This document shows, piece by piece, positions 1 through 7,717 of a DNA stretch of 32,192 bases. Below the pieces are notes generated by a model that saw only the letters and a program-made list of their open reading frames with translations, was not told where the DNA came from and did not search any database. Source of the DNA: a virus (lineage: Duplodnaviria; Heunggongvirae; Uroviricota; Caudoviricetes); IMG/VR virus record IMGVR_UViG_3300025944_000008; one strand, 5' to 3'. The position numbers and the translations under genes are program-made. Position 1 is the first letter of the stretch. Each line of letters begins with the position of its first letter.

Positions 1-462
1 AGTTTTAATTGGATGTTTCCTCGCGGTCGATGCGAGGTTGGCATTGAAGTCGGCGATATTGTTGGTGATCTTCCCGGCGAAGCCCTTCGGCTCTGGCCGA
101 CTTTCTCTTTCGTGTTTCGCGGTCTGAAGAGAGTGCTCGAGCTTGCTCTGCCCGCCCAGCTCCTTCTTGCCGCGAGAGCTCAGCCCCATTCCCAGCCCGA
201 ATGCCGCGGCGCCGGCGAGACCTGCGATCGCAGCAGGCTTCGACTCGGTGACGGCTCGGATGGTTCCTGTGGGCTCGAACCGGCGAGCTGCTTCCAGCGC
301 GCTGTGGCCCAGAGCTCGAAGGTCCATGGCTTCCTTCGTCTGCTCCTGCTGATGTTCCTTCGGCTGGCGAACGTCGATGAAGAAGCGAGCCGCATCGGCC
401 CACTCCTTCGCCTCGTCCTCCTTGTTCTTCATCCCATCGAGGAAGTCGTCATCTGAAGCCAC
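1..462 (-). CDS. Hypothetical virion-associated protein with a Gly/Ala-rich hydrophobic helix (partial, runs off the window start)
   Basis: Not in the ORF track. GTG at 462 with SD GAGGTG upstream; open to base 1: MASDDDFLDGMKNKEDEAKEWADAARFFIDVRQPKE...AAIAGLAGAAAFGLGMGLSS...ARKHPIKT. Codon usage matches neighbouring genes. Confidence 0.75.
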   Translation of the reverse strand, partial: MASDDDFLDGMKNKEDEAKEWADAARFFIDVRQPKEHQQEQTKEAMDLRALGHSALEAARRFEPTGTIRAVTESKPAAIAGLAGAAAFGLGMGLSSRGKKELGGQSKLEHSLQTAKHERESRPEPKGFAGKITNNIADFNANLASTARKHPIKT

Positions 463-472
463 GAGTCACCTC

Positions 473-610
473 TCAGGTGTAGAAGAGAATGAGCTGACCA
501 CTGTTGGTCGCAACGATCGCAATGACCGTCGTGACATTGGTGGTCAGGAACTTGGTCAGTGCGTTCGGATCGATGAAGATCTGGCACTTTGCGCCGGTGA
601 TGAAGGCCAT
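473..610 (-). CDS. Small hypothetical protein, 45 aa (MAFITGAKCQIFIDPNALTKFLTTNVTTVIAIVATNSGQLILFYT)
   Basis: ATG at 610 preceded by GAGAGGAG SD; TGA at 473-475; fills the gap between two minus-strand genes. Below the ORF-track length cutoff. Confidence 0.6.
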   Translation of the reverse strand: MAFITGAKCQIFIDPNALTKFLTTNVTTVIAIVATNSGQLILFYT

Positions 611-652
611 GCTGTGATTCTCCTCTCGGTCCCACTAAGTGGGAACCCGAGT

Positions 653-1168
653 CTACCAGCCCCCGTAGAAGCCGTTGGTCCAGAGATATTCCGAGTGCAT
701 GCCCTGACCCCAACCGAGCTCGATGTTGATCGCGATCTTGAGCTTCTGCTTCTTCTCCTCGTACCGGTTCCCGATGAGCTGCAGCCAGGATTGGATGAGC
801 GGCGTTTTGTCGCTCACCCCCACCTGAATACCACCATCCGAGAAGGTGAGGTGGTTTCTCGTCATCAGGAGACCGATCGACTCGAGAAGAGAAATGACGA
901 TGCCCCGAAGAAGAAGGCTCTTCGAAGGGAAGTTTTGCAGATCAACTCGAGGGATGAGCGGAGGCGTAGAGTTCCAATCGTCGATTGCATCGGCGACGGC
1001 CCACATGATCATCCGGTCCGAATGCTCTTGGCCACGAATGAGCCTGTTGAGCTCCGGGTAGTCCCGAAGGTACAGGCGTACCGTGTTGATGAGTTGTTGG
1101 AGTGGAACGGGGATACTGGGGACATTGTTGCCAACAATATCCCCGTCCACGTCGTCGAAGAACGGCAT
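653..1168 (-). CDS. Virion protein, 171 aa, possibly head-completion/neck adaptor type
   Basis: Globular, well-formed ORF with SD (GAGG), in the operon downstream of the capsid gene. The adaptor call rests on size and position only. Confidence 0.7.
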   Translation of the reverse strand: MPFFDDVDGDIVGNNVPSIPVPLQQLINTVRLYLRDYPELNRLIRGQEHSDRMIMWAVADAIDDWNSTPPLIPRVDLQNFPSKSLLLRGIVISLLESIGLLMTRNHLTFSDGGIQVGVSDKTPLIQSWLQLIGNRYEEKKQKLKIAINIELGWGQGMHSEYLWTNGFYGGW

Positions 1169-1176
1169 GGACTACC

Positions 1177-1599
1177 TCACTTCTTGTCGGTCTTCGGAAC
1201 GTCCAGCTCGTCGAGCTTGTAGGTCTTCTTCTTGGTGACCTCCATCGAGAACACGTCGACGGGGGCGGACTCCTCCTTGGGAGCCTCGGTGGGCGCTGCC
1301 TCGGCCTTGGGCTCTTCCTTCGCCTTCGGCTTGGTGGTGAGCCTCTGCTCGAGCTCTTCCTGCGTGAGCCGAGAGCGGCCAACCTTCCGCATCTTCGAGG
1401 CCTCGTACCACGAAGGGAGCTGGCCGATGACGACGAGCCCATCCTTCTCGAGCTTGCGAAGACGCGCATCCACCATCGATGCCGGGAGAGTGAGGGTCTC
1501 GCCGGGGTCGAGGAGAGCGGTGTAGATGGCAAGACGGGTCGGAGTCTGCTTGGACTCCGGCGCGTCGGTGATGTTCGTGATGCTGACGACCATGCCCAT
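1177..1599 (-). CDS. Hypothetical protein, 140 aa, with a charged low-complexity C-terminal tail
   Basis: SD GGGAGG 6 nt before the ATG; same operon orientation; typical codon bias. Confidence 0.8.
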   Translation of the reverse strand: MGMVVSITNITDAPESKQTPTRLAIYTALLDPGETLTLPASMVDARLRKLEKDGLVVIGQLPSWYEASKMRKVGRSRLTQEELEQRLTTKPKAKEEPKAEAAPTEAPKEESAPVDVFSMEVTKKKTYKLDELDVPKTDKK

Positions 1600-1611
1600 G
1601 TTCAGCCTCCC

Positions 1612-2382
1612 TTACTTCTTGCTCTTCGGGTTCTTGGGCTGCGCCTGCGGCTTGGTCTCGACGCGAGTCGTCTCCGCTTGCGACGGCTCTGAGAAGAGGC
1701 TCGAGGCATCCTCGGACGGCTTCGATTCCGGCGTCGGAGTGTAGTTCTCGGGCACGAGCGTCTCGGGGATCAGCGAGGGCTGCGGCGCTGTCCCGCTCTT
1801 CTGCACGCTGGCCTTGGCTCCGGCATCGACCAAGGACTGGGCGAGCTTGGTGGCCGCAGCTTCGTCGACACCTCCCAGCACGATCACAGGAGCCATGCCG
1901 AGAAGGTCGCTTGCCTCCTTGATTGAGAGCTGAGTGCTCTCACGAAGAGCCTTCACCACGCCGATCTGGTTGGTGCCCACTTCGCCCACCCAGACATCGA
2001 ACTCGCCCGGCTGCGGCGAGAGGAGCCCGCCTTCGGACAGAGTCTCCTTGGGAGCAGCAGCCTCTTCGGCGGCAAGCCGCTTCTCCCGCTCGATGATCGA
2101 CTCGGCGGCCTCTTCCGAGTAGCCAGCCGCCATGACTTCTTCCTTCGTCGGGACCCTCCGACCGCCTTCCCCACCGACCTTCTCCCAAGAGACCACACCC
2201 CACTTGTTCCACAGCTCGAGGTTGGCCCTGTTGTGCTCGAAGAGCTCGTCACTGATGACCATCGACTGGCGAATGCGCAGACGACGGCCGCCAATGACTG
2301 GCTCCATTTGCATCTTGGAAGCCTTGCGGTGAAGGAAGCGCTTGTCGTGGTCGAGTGCCGTGTTCTTCAGCTTGTACGACAT
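1612..2382 (-). CDS. Multidomain protein containing a ribosomal protein L7/L12 (bL12) C-terminal-like domain
   Basis: EFDVWVGEVGTNQIGVVKALRESTQLSIKEASDLLGMAPVIVLGGVDEAAATKLAQSLVDAGAKASVQ (nt 1801-2004) aligns end to end with the bL12 CTD consensus EFDVIL...NKVAVIKAVR..TGLGLKEAKDLVE.AP..LKEGV....AE.LK..LEEAGA.VEVK. Start moved to ATG 2382 (GAGAGG upstream). Confidence 0.85.
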   Translation of the reverse strand: MSYKLKNTALDHDKRFLHRKASKMQMEPVIGGRRLRIRQSMVISDELFEHNRANLELWNKWGVVSWEKVGGEGGRRVPTKEEVMAAGYSEEAAESIIEREKRLAAEEAAAPKETLSEGGLLSPQPGEFDVWVGEVGTNQIGVVKALRESTQLSIKEASDLLGMAPVIVLGGVDEAAATKLAQSLVDAGAKASVQKSGTAPQPSLIPETLVPENYTPTPESKPSEDASSLFSEPSQAETTRVETKPQAQPKNPKSKK

Positions 2383-2422
2383 CTCCAACCTCTCGCTTCC
2401 TACCTCCGATTGGAGGTGGCAG

Positions 2423-2468
2423 AAAAAAGCGCCCAGAGGCTGAAGGGATCCTCCCTCCTCTGGGCGCT
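2423..2468 (-). terminator. Rho-independent terminator after the major capsid gene
   Basis: 12-bp stem AGCGCCCAGAGG/CCTCTGGGCGCT (2428-2439, 2457-2468) followed on the minus strand by a T run. Confidence 0.85.
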
Positions 2469-2503
2469 GAACTACGATTGCGCGGCGCCCCGCGCCGTCT
2501 CGA

Positions 2504-3622
2504 TTAGAACTGCGAGACGTTCGGGAACTTCAGACCGGAGTCCACCTTGTTGTTGACCGCACCGAGCTGGTCCTCGTCGACCGGCAGCAGGGCCGCGAAG
2601 CCCGTGTCGGTGGAGGTCGGGGTCACCGACCCGCCGTACAGCTCGAGCTTGGCCATCGACGCGATGTTGATGACCGCCACGGCGACGTCCATCCAGGACT
2701 GCCAGGTGATCATGTTCGCGATCTTGTCGATGTAGAACTTCGTGTTGTTGAGCACGTAGTTCTTGCCGAGGAACTCCGGCGCCGTGAAGCAGTACACGTT
2801 ACCGACGCGGAGGATGTCGGTCTTCACCGTGCGGATCAGCTTGCGACCCAGCAGGGTGTTGTACTTGTAGCCGTCGACCGCGGTCTCCGACTGCATCTTG
2901 TCGCCGAAGTCCTGCAGCGTCCACGACAGGATGTCGTCGTAGTCGGGCTCCGTCATCAGGAGCCGCTCCGCACGCAGGCGGTTGCCGTCGATCAGCTTGA
3001 ACAGGTTCACCAGGTCCGGGCGGAGGATCGGGTGGATGATGAAGTCGTTCGCACCCGCCGCGATGGCGCCCTGGCCCTTCACGACGCGGATCTGCTTCGT
3101 CGTGCCCGCCACCACACTGGTGACGTTCATCGGCTGCACGCCGCCGTTGCCGTCGGTCTGCATCGCCTGGATGCCGGCCTCGACGAACAGCAGCCACGTC
3201 CGATCCTTGACCTCCTGGAGGTCCTTCACCGAGTTGTCCTCGATGATCTTGGTGATCGGCATCTCGTAGGCGAGGAGCTCCTGCTCGGTCTTCTCGAACT
3301 TCTCCGAGGAGATCGTGAAGAAGGGGACCTCGGCACGAGGCGCGCGGATGAAGCGCGCGGTCGGCTGGCCGCGGAAGGTGATCGACAGCGCGCGAGACTG
3401 CGGCTCGATGTCGACGATCTTCACCAGGGTGTCGTGGTTGACCGAGCGCTGGCAGTCGGTGCGAGTCACCGGCTCCGGCGGCTGGATCTTGTCCACGAAG
3501 CACACTTCACGGAGACGGTCACGGATGTAGACCGACCCGACTTCGGCGATCTTCTCCTTGCCCTCCGACGAGTTCAGCTTACCGCTGAACATCTCATTCA
3601 GAACCTGCGCTGGAACGCTCAT
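2504..3622 (-). CDS. Major capsid protein (probable HK97 fold), 372 aa
   Basis: Strongest C/G-ending codon bias in the window, strong SD, followed by a terminator. Order protease - scaffold-like genes - decoration - this gene, and typical size. The fold is inferred from context. Confidence 0.8.
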   Translation of the reverse strand: MSVPAQVLNEMFSGKLNSSEGKEKIAEVGSVYIRDRLREVCFVDKIQPPEPVTRTDCQRSVNHDTLVKIVDIEPQSRALSITFRGQPTARFIRAPRAEVPFFTISSEKFEKTEQELLAYEMPITKIIEDNSVKDLQEVKDRTWLLFVEAGIQAMQTDGNGGVQPMNVTSVVAGTTKQIRVVKGQGAIAAGANDFIIHPILRPDLVNLFKLIDGNRLRAERLLMTEPDYDDILSWTLQDFGDKMQSETAVDGYKYNTLLGRKLIRTVKTDILRVGNVYCFTAPEFLGKNYVLNNTKFYIDKIANMITWQSWMDVAVAVINIASMAKLELYGGSVTPTSTDTGFAALLPVDEDQLGAVNNKVDSGLKFPNVSQF

Positions 3623-3667
3623 GCTATCTCTCCCTTCCGTTCTACGGGTTCGCTTTCGCGTCCCAGT

Positions 3668-4144
3668 TCAGATGGTGATCTGGAAGAAGCCCTGGTGGAG
3701 GAACCGGATCTTTCCGGTCGCCGTCAGGCGCGTGACGATGCCGACCACCATGTGCTGACCGGTGCCGGCGGCCTTGATGACGCCGCGCTTCGTCAGACCG
3801 CCGATGGTGCAGTCGGCGACCACCAGGAAGTTGCCCACCGCGAGACCCGCCGTGTTGACGATCGTCGTGTCCGCTTCGTAGGCACCGGCCCACAGCAAGG
3901 TCGACTTGCTGATGGCCTGCGTGTCGTACTGGCCGCGGAGCGAGAACACCTGCCAGGAGGCCGAAGCCGCCTCACCGGTGCCGCGCTTGACGGTGTACGT
4001 CGTGGTATCCATCTCGAGCCACTCGCCATCGACGAGCGGATTGGTGGCGTTCGGGTTGAGGATCGTCGGGTCCGTCAGCGTGAAGTCGCGGCGCTGGACC
4101 GGAAGAACCTCGGAGATCAGGGTCAGGTTTGGAGCCAGGCTCAT
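3668..4144 (-). CDS. Putative capsid decoration/cement protein, 158 aa
   Basis: Beta-rich, Gly/Thr/Val-rich small protein immediately upstream of the capsid gene; SD AAGGAG. Confidence 0.6.
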   Translation of the reverse strand: MSLAPNLTLISEVLPVQRRDFTLTDPTILNPNATNPLVDGEWLEMDTTTYTVKRGTGEAASASWQVFSLRGQYDTQAISKSTLLWAGAYEADTTIVNTAGLAVGNFLVVADCTIGGLTKRGVIKAAGTGQHMVVGIVTRLTATGKIRFLHQGFFQITI

Positions 4145-4171
4145 CTTCGTTCTCCTTGCGTGTCGATCGGG

Positions 4172-4546
4172 TTAGTCGCCGAGGATCGCTGCCTCGAGGG
4201 CGCTCTTCGCGTCCGAGGGATTCCCCGGGTTGTCGGAGAGCGAAGCCAGCTTGATCTGCGGTGCGGACATGTCGACGGCCTTCTCGATGACGTCGAGGTC
4301 TTGGGCGGGGTCCATCAGACCATCCACCTTCTGCTGGAAGTTGGTCTCGGGGTCGAGCCCCTTGGCCTCCAGACGCATGGCGATCTTCTCCGCCCTTTCG
4401 CGGCGCTGATAGAAAGCCAGCTTCTCCTGCTGCTCTCCGATCGTCGCCTCTTGGGACTGGATCTTCTGCTGCTGAGCGCGGAGGGTCGGACCGACCTGCC
4501 CCAGGATCTGGGCCGCCTGCTCGCTGGAAATCTTCTGCATGCTCAT
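4172..4546 (-). CDS. Coiled-coil scaffold-like head protein, 124 aa
   Basis: Start moved to ATG 4546 (SD AGGAG). Q/E/K-rich helical run (LRAQQQKIQSQEATIGEQQEKLAF); carries EKIA and KLAS motifs. Confidence 0.7.
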   Translation of the reverse strand: MSMQKISSEQAAQILGQVGPTLRAQQQKIQSQEATIGEQQEKLAFYQRRERAEKIAMRLEAKGLDPETNFQQKVDGLMDPAQDLDVIEKAVDMSAPQIKLASLSDNPGNPSDAKSALEAAILGD

Positions 4547-4568
4547 GGTCGTCTCCTGATCCGTCGTC

Positions 4569-6122
4569 TCAGTAGCAGCCTGCGTTGCCTTCCTTGACCT
4601 CACCCGGGTGCTTGCCCTTGGCGTCGCTAATAGCTGCGCCGAGCTTGCACACTCGGCATTCACCCGTGTGGCCGCAGGTGCAGCCGTCGTGGCCTTCCCC
4701 TGCTCCAGCCATCGGGTTCATGCCGCCACCCGTGCCGCCCATCCCGCCCATGTTGGCCAACTTCGCCTTCATGGTGCAGAACTGGCATTCGCCCTTCGAG
4801 TTGCAGGTGCAGCCACCGCTCGCGATCTTCTGGAGCTGAGACTGCACTGCGGCACCCGCGATCTTCACACCGGCCTTGCCAGTATTCCGCAGGTTCTCTT
4901 GGAGCTTGTTGTCGTGCTTCTCCGAGAATGCCGGCTGGTCGAGGACCTCCTTGAGAGGATTGACCACCAGCTTCTTGGCATCACGCTTCGTGTAGTCGAT
5001 GGCCGCCTTGTTCGAGTCCACGAGCTTGGTGCCCGAGTTCCCGTCCTGGCTGTTGGCCGCCGTGCCGCCCTGCGTGGGCGACTCCTCGCCGGCCTTCATC
5101 GTCTTGAGCTGGCCCTTGCCAGCCAGAGGCGATGTCGTGCCGCCGCCATCGATGTTTGCCTTCATCACGTCCTCGCCGGCGAGCTTCATGAGGATGTGCT
5201 GACGCGCGATTTCCTGCGCTGAAGCGGCCTTCGCCATGTTGCCCAGGTGCTTGTGCATGGCACCACCGCCCATTGCACCGCCCATGGCGGCGCCGGCGAG
5301 GCCACCCTTCAGAGCGCCCGAGGCGCGGTGACCTTCGCCACCGGCCGCGGCGCCGCCGACTGCACCAGGGATGGCGCCGAGCAGAGCTCCACCAGCCGCC
5401 GCGGTCGCACGAGGATGCTGTGCCGCATGGTGAGCGACGAACTCCGTCGCCTTGCCAGCGAAGCTGGCGGTCTTCAGGGACGCGGCGTTGGTGCCCTTGT
5501 TGTGAGCGCCCGACGGACCGGCCACCAGAGGACCCTTGGCGGGGTACTCGTGGTGCGGAACCGAACCGTGGTTGTTGCCTGGCGCCTCATGGTAGTTGGT
5601 CTCGAGGTGCGTCTTGGCGCCGTGCGGATTGCCTTCGTTCCGCTCGAGCCCCTTGTTGTGCTCGTCCTCGGCCTGCTCGCCCTTCGCCTTGTTCTTGGTG
5701 TACTTCTGCGAGCCGCCGATCGCTTGCGTGGTCTCGAGAGCTCCAGCAGCCGAAGCCGGATTCGGCACCGACTTGCCGCCGGCGGTACCACCGCCTGCAC
5801 CCGGCTTCATAGCGGTCTTGGCCAGCGCCTGAGCGATCGGGCCCGGAGCGGCAATGTCGCCGAGGTGGGTCGCGAGGAAGTCGACTGCCGACGCCAGCTT
5901 CTCGACGTGGTCGTCAGAGATGAGAGCAGCGTAGGCCATCTTCTCCTTCGACTCGCACTCGACTTCTTCCTCGTGCGGGGAGGGGATGTGCCCGTGCTCC
6001 TTCTTCTCGTACGCCAGGAGCTTCTTGACCTTCTCGGGCTCCTTGTGGGCCTCGGAGGCGATCTTGGCGCTCGCCGTCTTGATGGCGCCCGCGATCATGT
6101 CCTGGAGTGGCAGAACGCTCAT
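4569..6122 (-). CDS. Low-complexity head core/scaffold-like protein, 517 aa
   Basis: Gly/Ala/Lys/His-rich; many K-x-A motifs; Gly-zipper segment; two CxCxxxGECxxC motifs near the C-terminus. Confidence 0.8.
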   Translation of the reverse strand: MSVLPLQDMIAGAIKTASAKIASEAHKEPEKVKKLLAYEKKEHGHIPSPHEEEVECESKEKMAYAALISDDHVEKLASAVDFLATHLGDIAAPGPIAQALAKTAMKPGAGGGTAGGKSVPNPASAAGALETTQAIGGSQKYTKNKAKGEQAEDEHNKGLERNEGNPHGAKTHLETNYHEAPGNNHGSVPHHEYPAKGPLVAGPSGAHNKGTNAASLKTASFAGKATEFVAHHAAQHPRATAAAGGALLGAIPGAVGGAAAGGEGHRASGALKGGLAGAAMGGAMGGGAMHKHLGNMAKAASAQEIARQHILMKLAGEDVMKANIDGGGTTSPLAGKGQLKTMKAGEESPTQGGTAANSQDGNSGTKLVDSNKAAIDYTKRDAKKLVVNPLKEVLDQPAFSEKHDNKLQENLRNTGKAGVKIAGAAVQSQLQKIASGGCTCNSKGECQFCTMKAKLANMGGMGGTGGGMNPMAGAGEGHDGCTCGHTGECRVCKLGAAISDAKGKHPGEVKEGNAGCY

Positions 6123-6135
6123 TCTCTTGCTCCTG

Positions 6136-6606
6136 TCAGGTTCTGACCTGGGGCGCGCCCGCGGTCGGTTGAGTTCCCTGCGACGGCGAAGTCGAGGGGA
6201 GATTCTTCGGCTGCGAGTACGCCGCGATGTTCTTCTTCGCGCCCATGGTCGGCTTCGGGCTCGTCAGCTTCATCTGTGTGAGACCGTTCTCCGGCATGGG
6301 CAGGAGACCGGCTGTCTTCTCACGGAAGATCGAAGACAGTTCCTCACAGAAGCCGCTTACCAAATCCGAGCTGAAGGGCACCGAAATGCCAGCCGTCTTG
6401 GATTTGGGACTCGCCTTCTGTTCGTCATCACCGGGCGTCGGATACTTCTGATGAGCCTCGTGCCGCCCCTTCGCCGTTCCGTACCCCTTTGGAGAGTGTC
6501 CCGTCGCATGGGACTGCTGAGTGGCGATCGCCCACGACTCACTCTCAGGCATGGAGGGGTTCTCCGCCCTGATGTGTGCCGCACGATCGTGGATCCACTT
6601 CGGCAT
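6136..6606 (-). CDS. Hypothetical head-associated protein, 156 aa
   Basis: SD AGGAG; contains SKTAG and GFCEELSSIFREKTAG motifs; lies in the head operon. Confidence 0.75.
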   Translation of the reverse strand: MPKWIHDRAAHIRAENPSMPESESWAIATQQSHATGHSPKGYGTAKGRHEAHQKYPTPGDDEQKASPKSKTAGISVPFSSDLVSGFCEELSSIFREKTAGLLPMPENGLTQMKLTSPKPTMGAKKNIAAYSQPKNLPSTSPSQGTQPTAGAPQVRT

Positions 6607-6624
6607 CTTCTCTCCTGAGAGGAA

Positions 6625-6658
6625 CCGAGGCGGGAAGGACCATCCCCTCCCGCCTCGG
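6625..6658 (-). promoter_or_regulatory. Stable intergenic hairpin (weak terminator or mRNA stabiliser)
   Basis: Perfect 11-bp inverted repeat CCGAGGCGGGA/TCCCGCCTCGG with a 12-nt loop; only a poor U-tract follows. Confidence 0.5.
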
Positions 6659-6671
6659 GCACCCTGAGACC

Positions 6672-7664
6672 TCAGATGTTGTAGCCGAGCCCCCGCAGGA
6701 TCTGATGAGCGCGCTTCTCCACGAGCTCACCGAGCGCCTGCTGCGAGTTCTGCTGGGGAGCCGGGACCGCGCCCGCCGGAGCGATCTGCGGAGCGGCCTG
6801 CTGGGCCGGCTGACCAGTCGCCGGGTCGATGCCGTTGGCCTGCAGGATGTTGGCGGCCTGCTGCATCGCCGCCTTCTCGATCGCGGCGACGGTGGCTTCC
6901 TTGTTCATCATGTGATGAGCGCCGTGCATGGCCGCCGCACCACCGACCGCGCCGGCGGCAGCAGCATGACCCGGGTGCTTGGCGAAGTGACCGCCCGCGG
7001 CTCCCATCGCCTTGCCAGCGTGGTGCTTGGCGGCGCCGGCGGCAGCGCCCATGTGGTGAGCAGCCTGCTGGCCGAGGTGCTTCAGGTGGCCACCTGCGGC
7101 GCCCATCATGTTCGCCTGCTTGGAGGCGGCGATCTTCTCCGACTCCTGATTGAAGGCGTGCGCCATGACGCGACCGAGGAAGTCGGCCTCCTCGAACTTG
7201 GCCTGGGCCTCGGCGACCTTGGCCATCTCGGGACCTGGCTGACCGGCTTGCTGAGCCTGCATCTGCTCGACGACCTGCATGATCGCCTGGGCTTCCTGGA
7301 CGATCGCCGGGTCGTAGGCCTGCGGGTTGGCCAGCACCTGCTGGGCTTCCTGCACGTGCTCTTCGGTCAGCTCACCACCGCCCTCGGCACCAGGAGCCTG
7401 CGGCTGCTGGGGCTGCATTCCCTGCTGGGGAACGCCGGGCTGCTGAGGAGCGCCCGGAGCGGCACCCTGCGGCTGCTGTCCCTGGCCCTGCGGCCCGAGA
7501 ACTTCCTGGCCAAGAGCCTCGATCTGCTCGGGCGAGAGGTTCGACAGATCCAGGCCCTCCTGCTGGGCCATGTTCTGCGCCATCTCGGCCTGAGCGATCT
7601 TCTCGAGGTCCTCGCTCGCGCCGTTGGTGTTGTACGCCTGGGCCAGCCACGTATCCATGCTCAT
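6672..7664 (-). CDS. Gln/Ala/Gly-rich scaffold/core-like head protein, 330 aa
   Basis: Start moved to ATG 7664 (SD AAGGAG). Located directly after the protease gene; Q/P-rich linker, His/Ala-rich segment, multiple EKIA/KVA/KQA motifs. Confidence 0.8.
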   Translation of the reverse strand: MSMDTWLAQAYNTNGASEDLEKIAQAEMAQNMAQQEGLDLSNLSPEQIEALGQEVLGPQGQGQQPQGAAPGAPQQPGVPQQGMQPQQPQAPGAEGGGELTEEHVQEAQQVLANPQAYDPAIVQEAQAIMQVVEQMQAQQAGQPGPEMAKVAEAQAKFEEADFLGRVMAHAFNQESEKIAASKQANMMGAAGGHLKHLGQQAAHHMGAAAGAAKHHAGKAMGAAGGHFAKHPGHAAAAGAVGGAAAMHGAHHMMNKEATVAAIEKAAMQQAANILQANGIDPATGQPAQQAAPQIAPAGAVPAPQQNSQQALGELVEKRAHQILRGLGYNI

Positions 7665-7679
7665 GTAATTTCTCCTTCT

Positions 7680-7717
7680 CGACAAAAGCGTGTCGTCTCC
7701 GAGATGGACTCCATCTC
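7680..7717. promoter_or_regulatory. Two small intergenic hairpins between the protease and scaffold-like genes
   Basis: CGACA-N6-TGTCG (7680-7695) and GAGATGG-ACT-CCATCTC (7701-7717). Function unknown. Confidence 0.35.

Noticed and set aside
5-713. Track ORFs 5-403 (-), 13-456 (+) and 429-713 (-)
   Set aside because: Better-supported frames with SD sites exist: 1-462 (-) and 473-610 (-).
3651-3660. CGC-GAAA-GCG GNRA hairpin upstream of the capsid gene (boxB-like)
   Set aside because: Only a 3-bp stem, with no boxA and no second copy.
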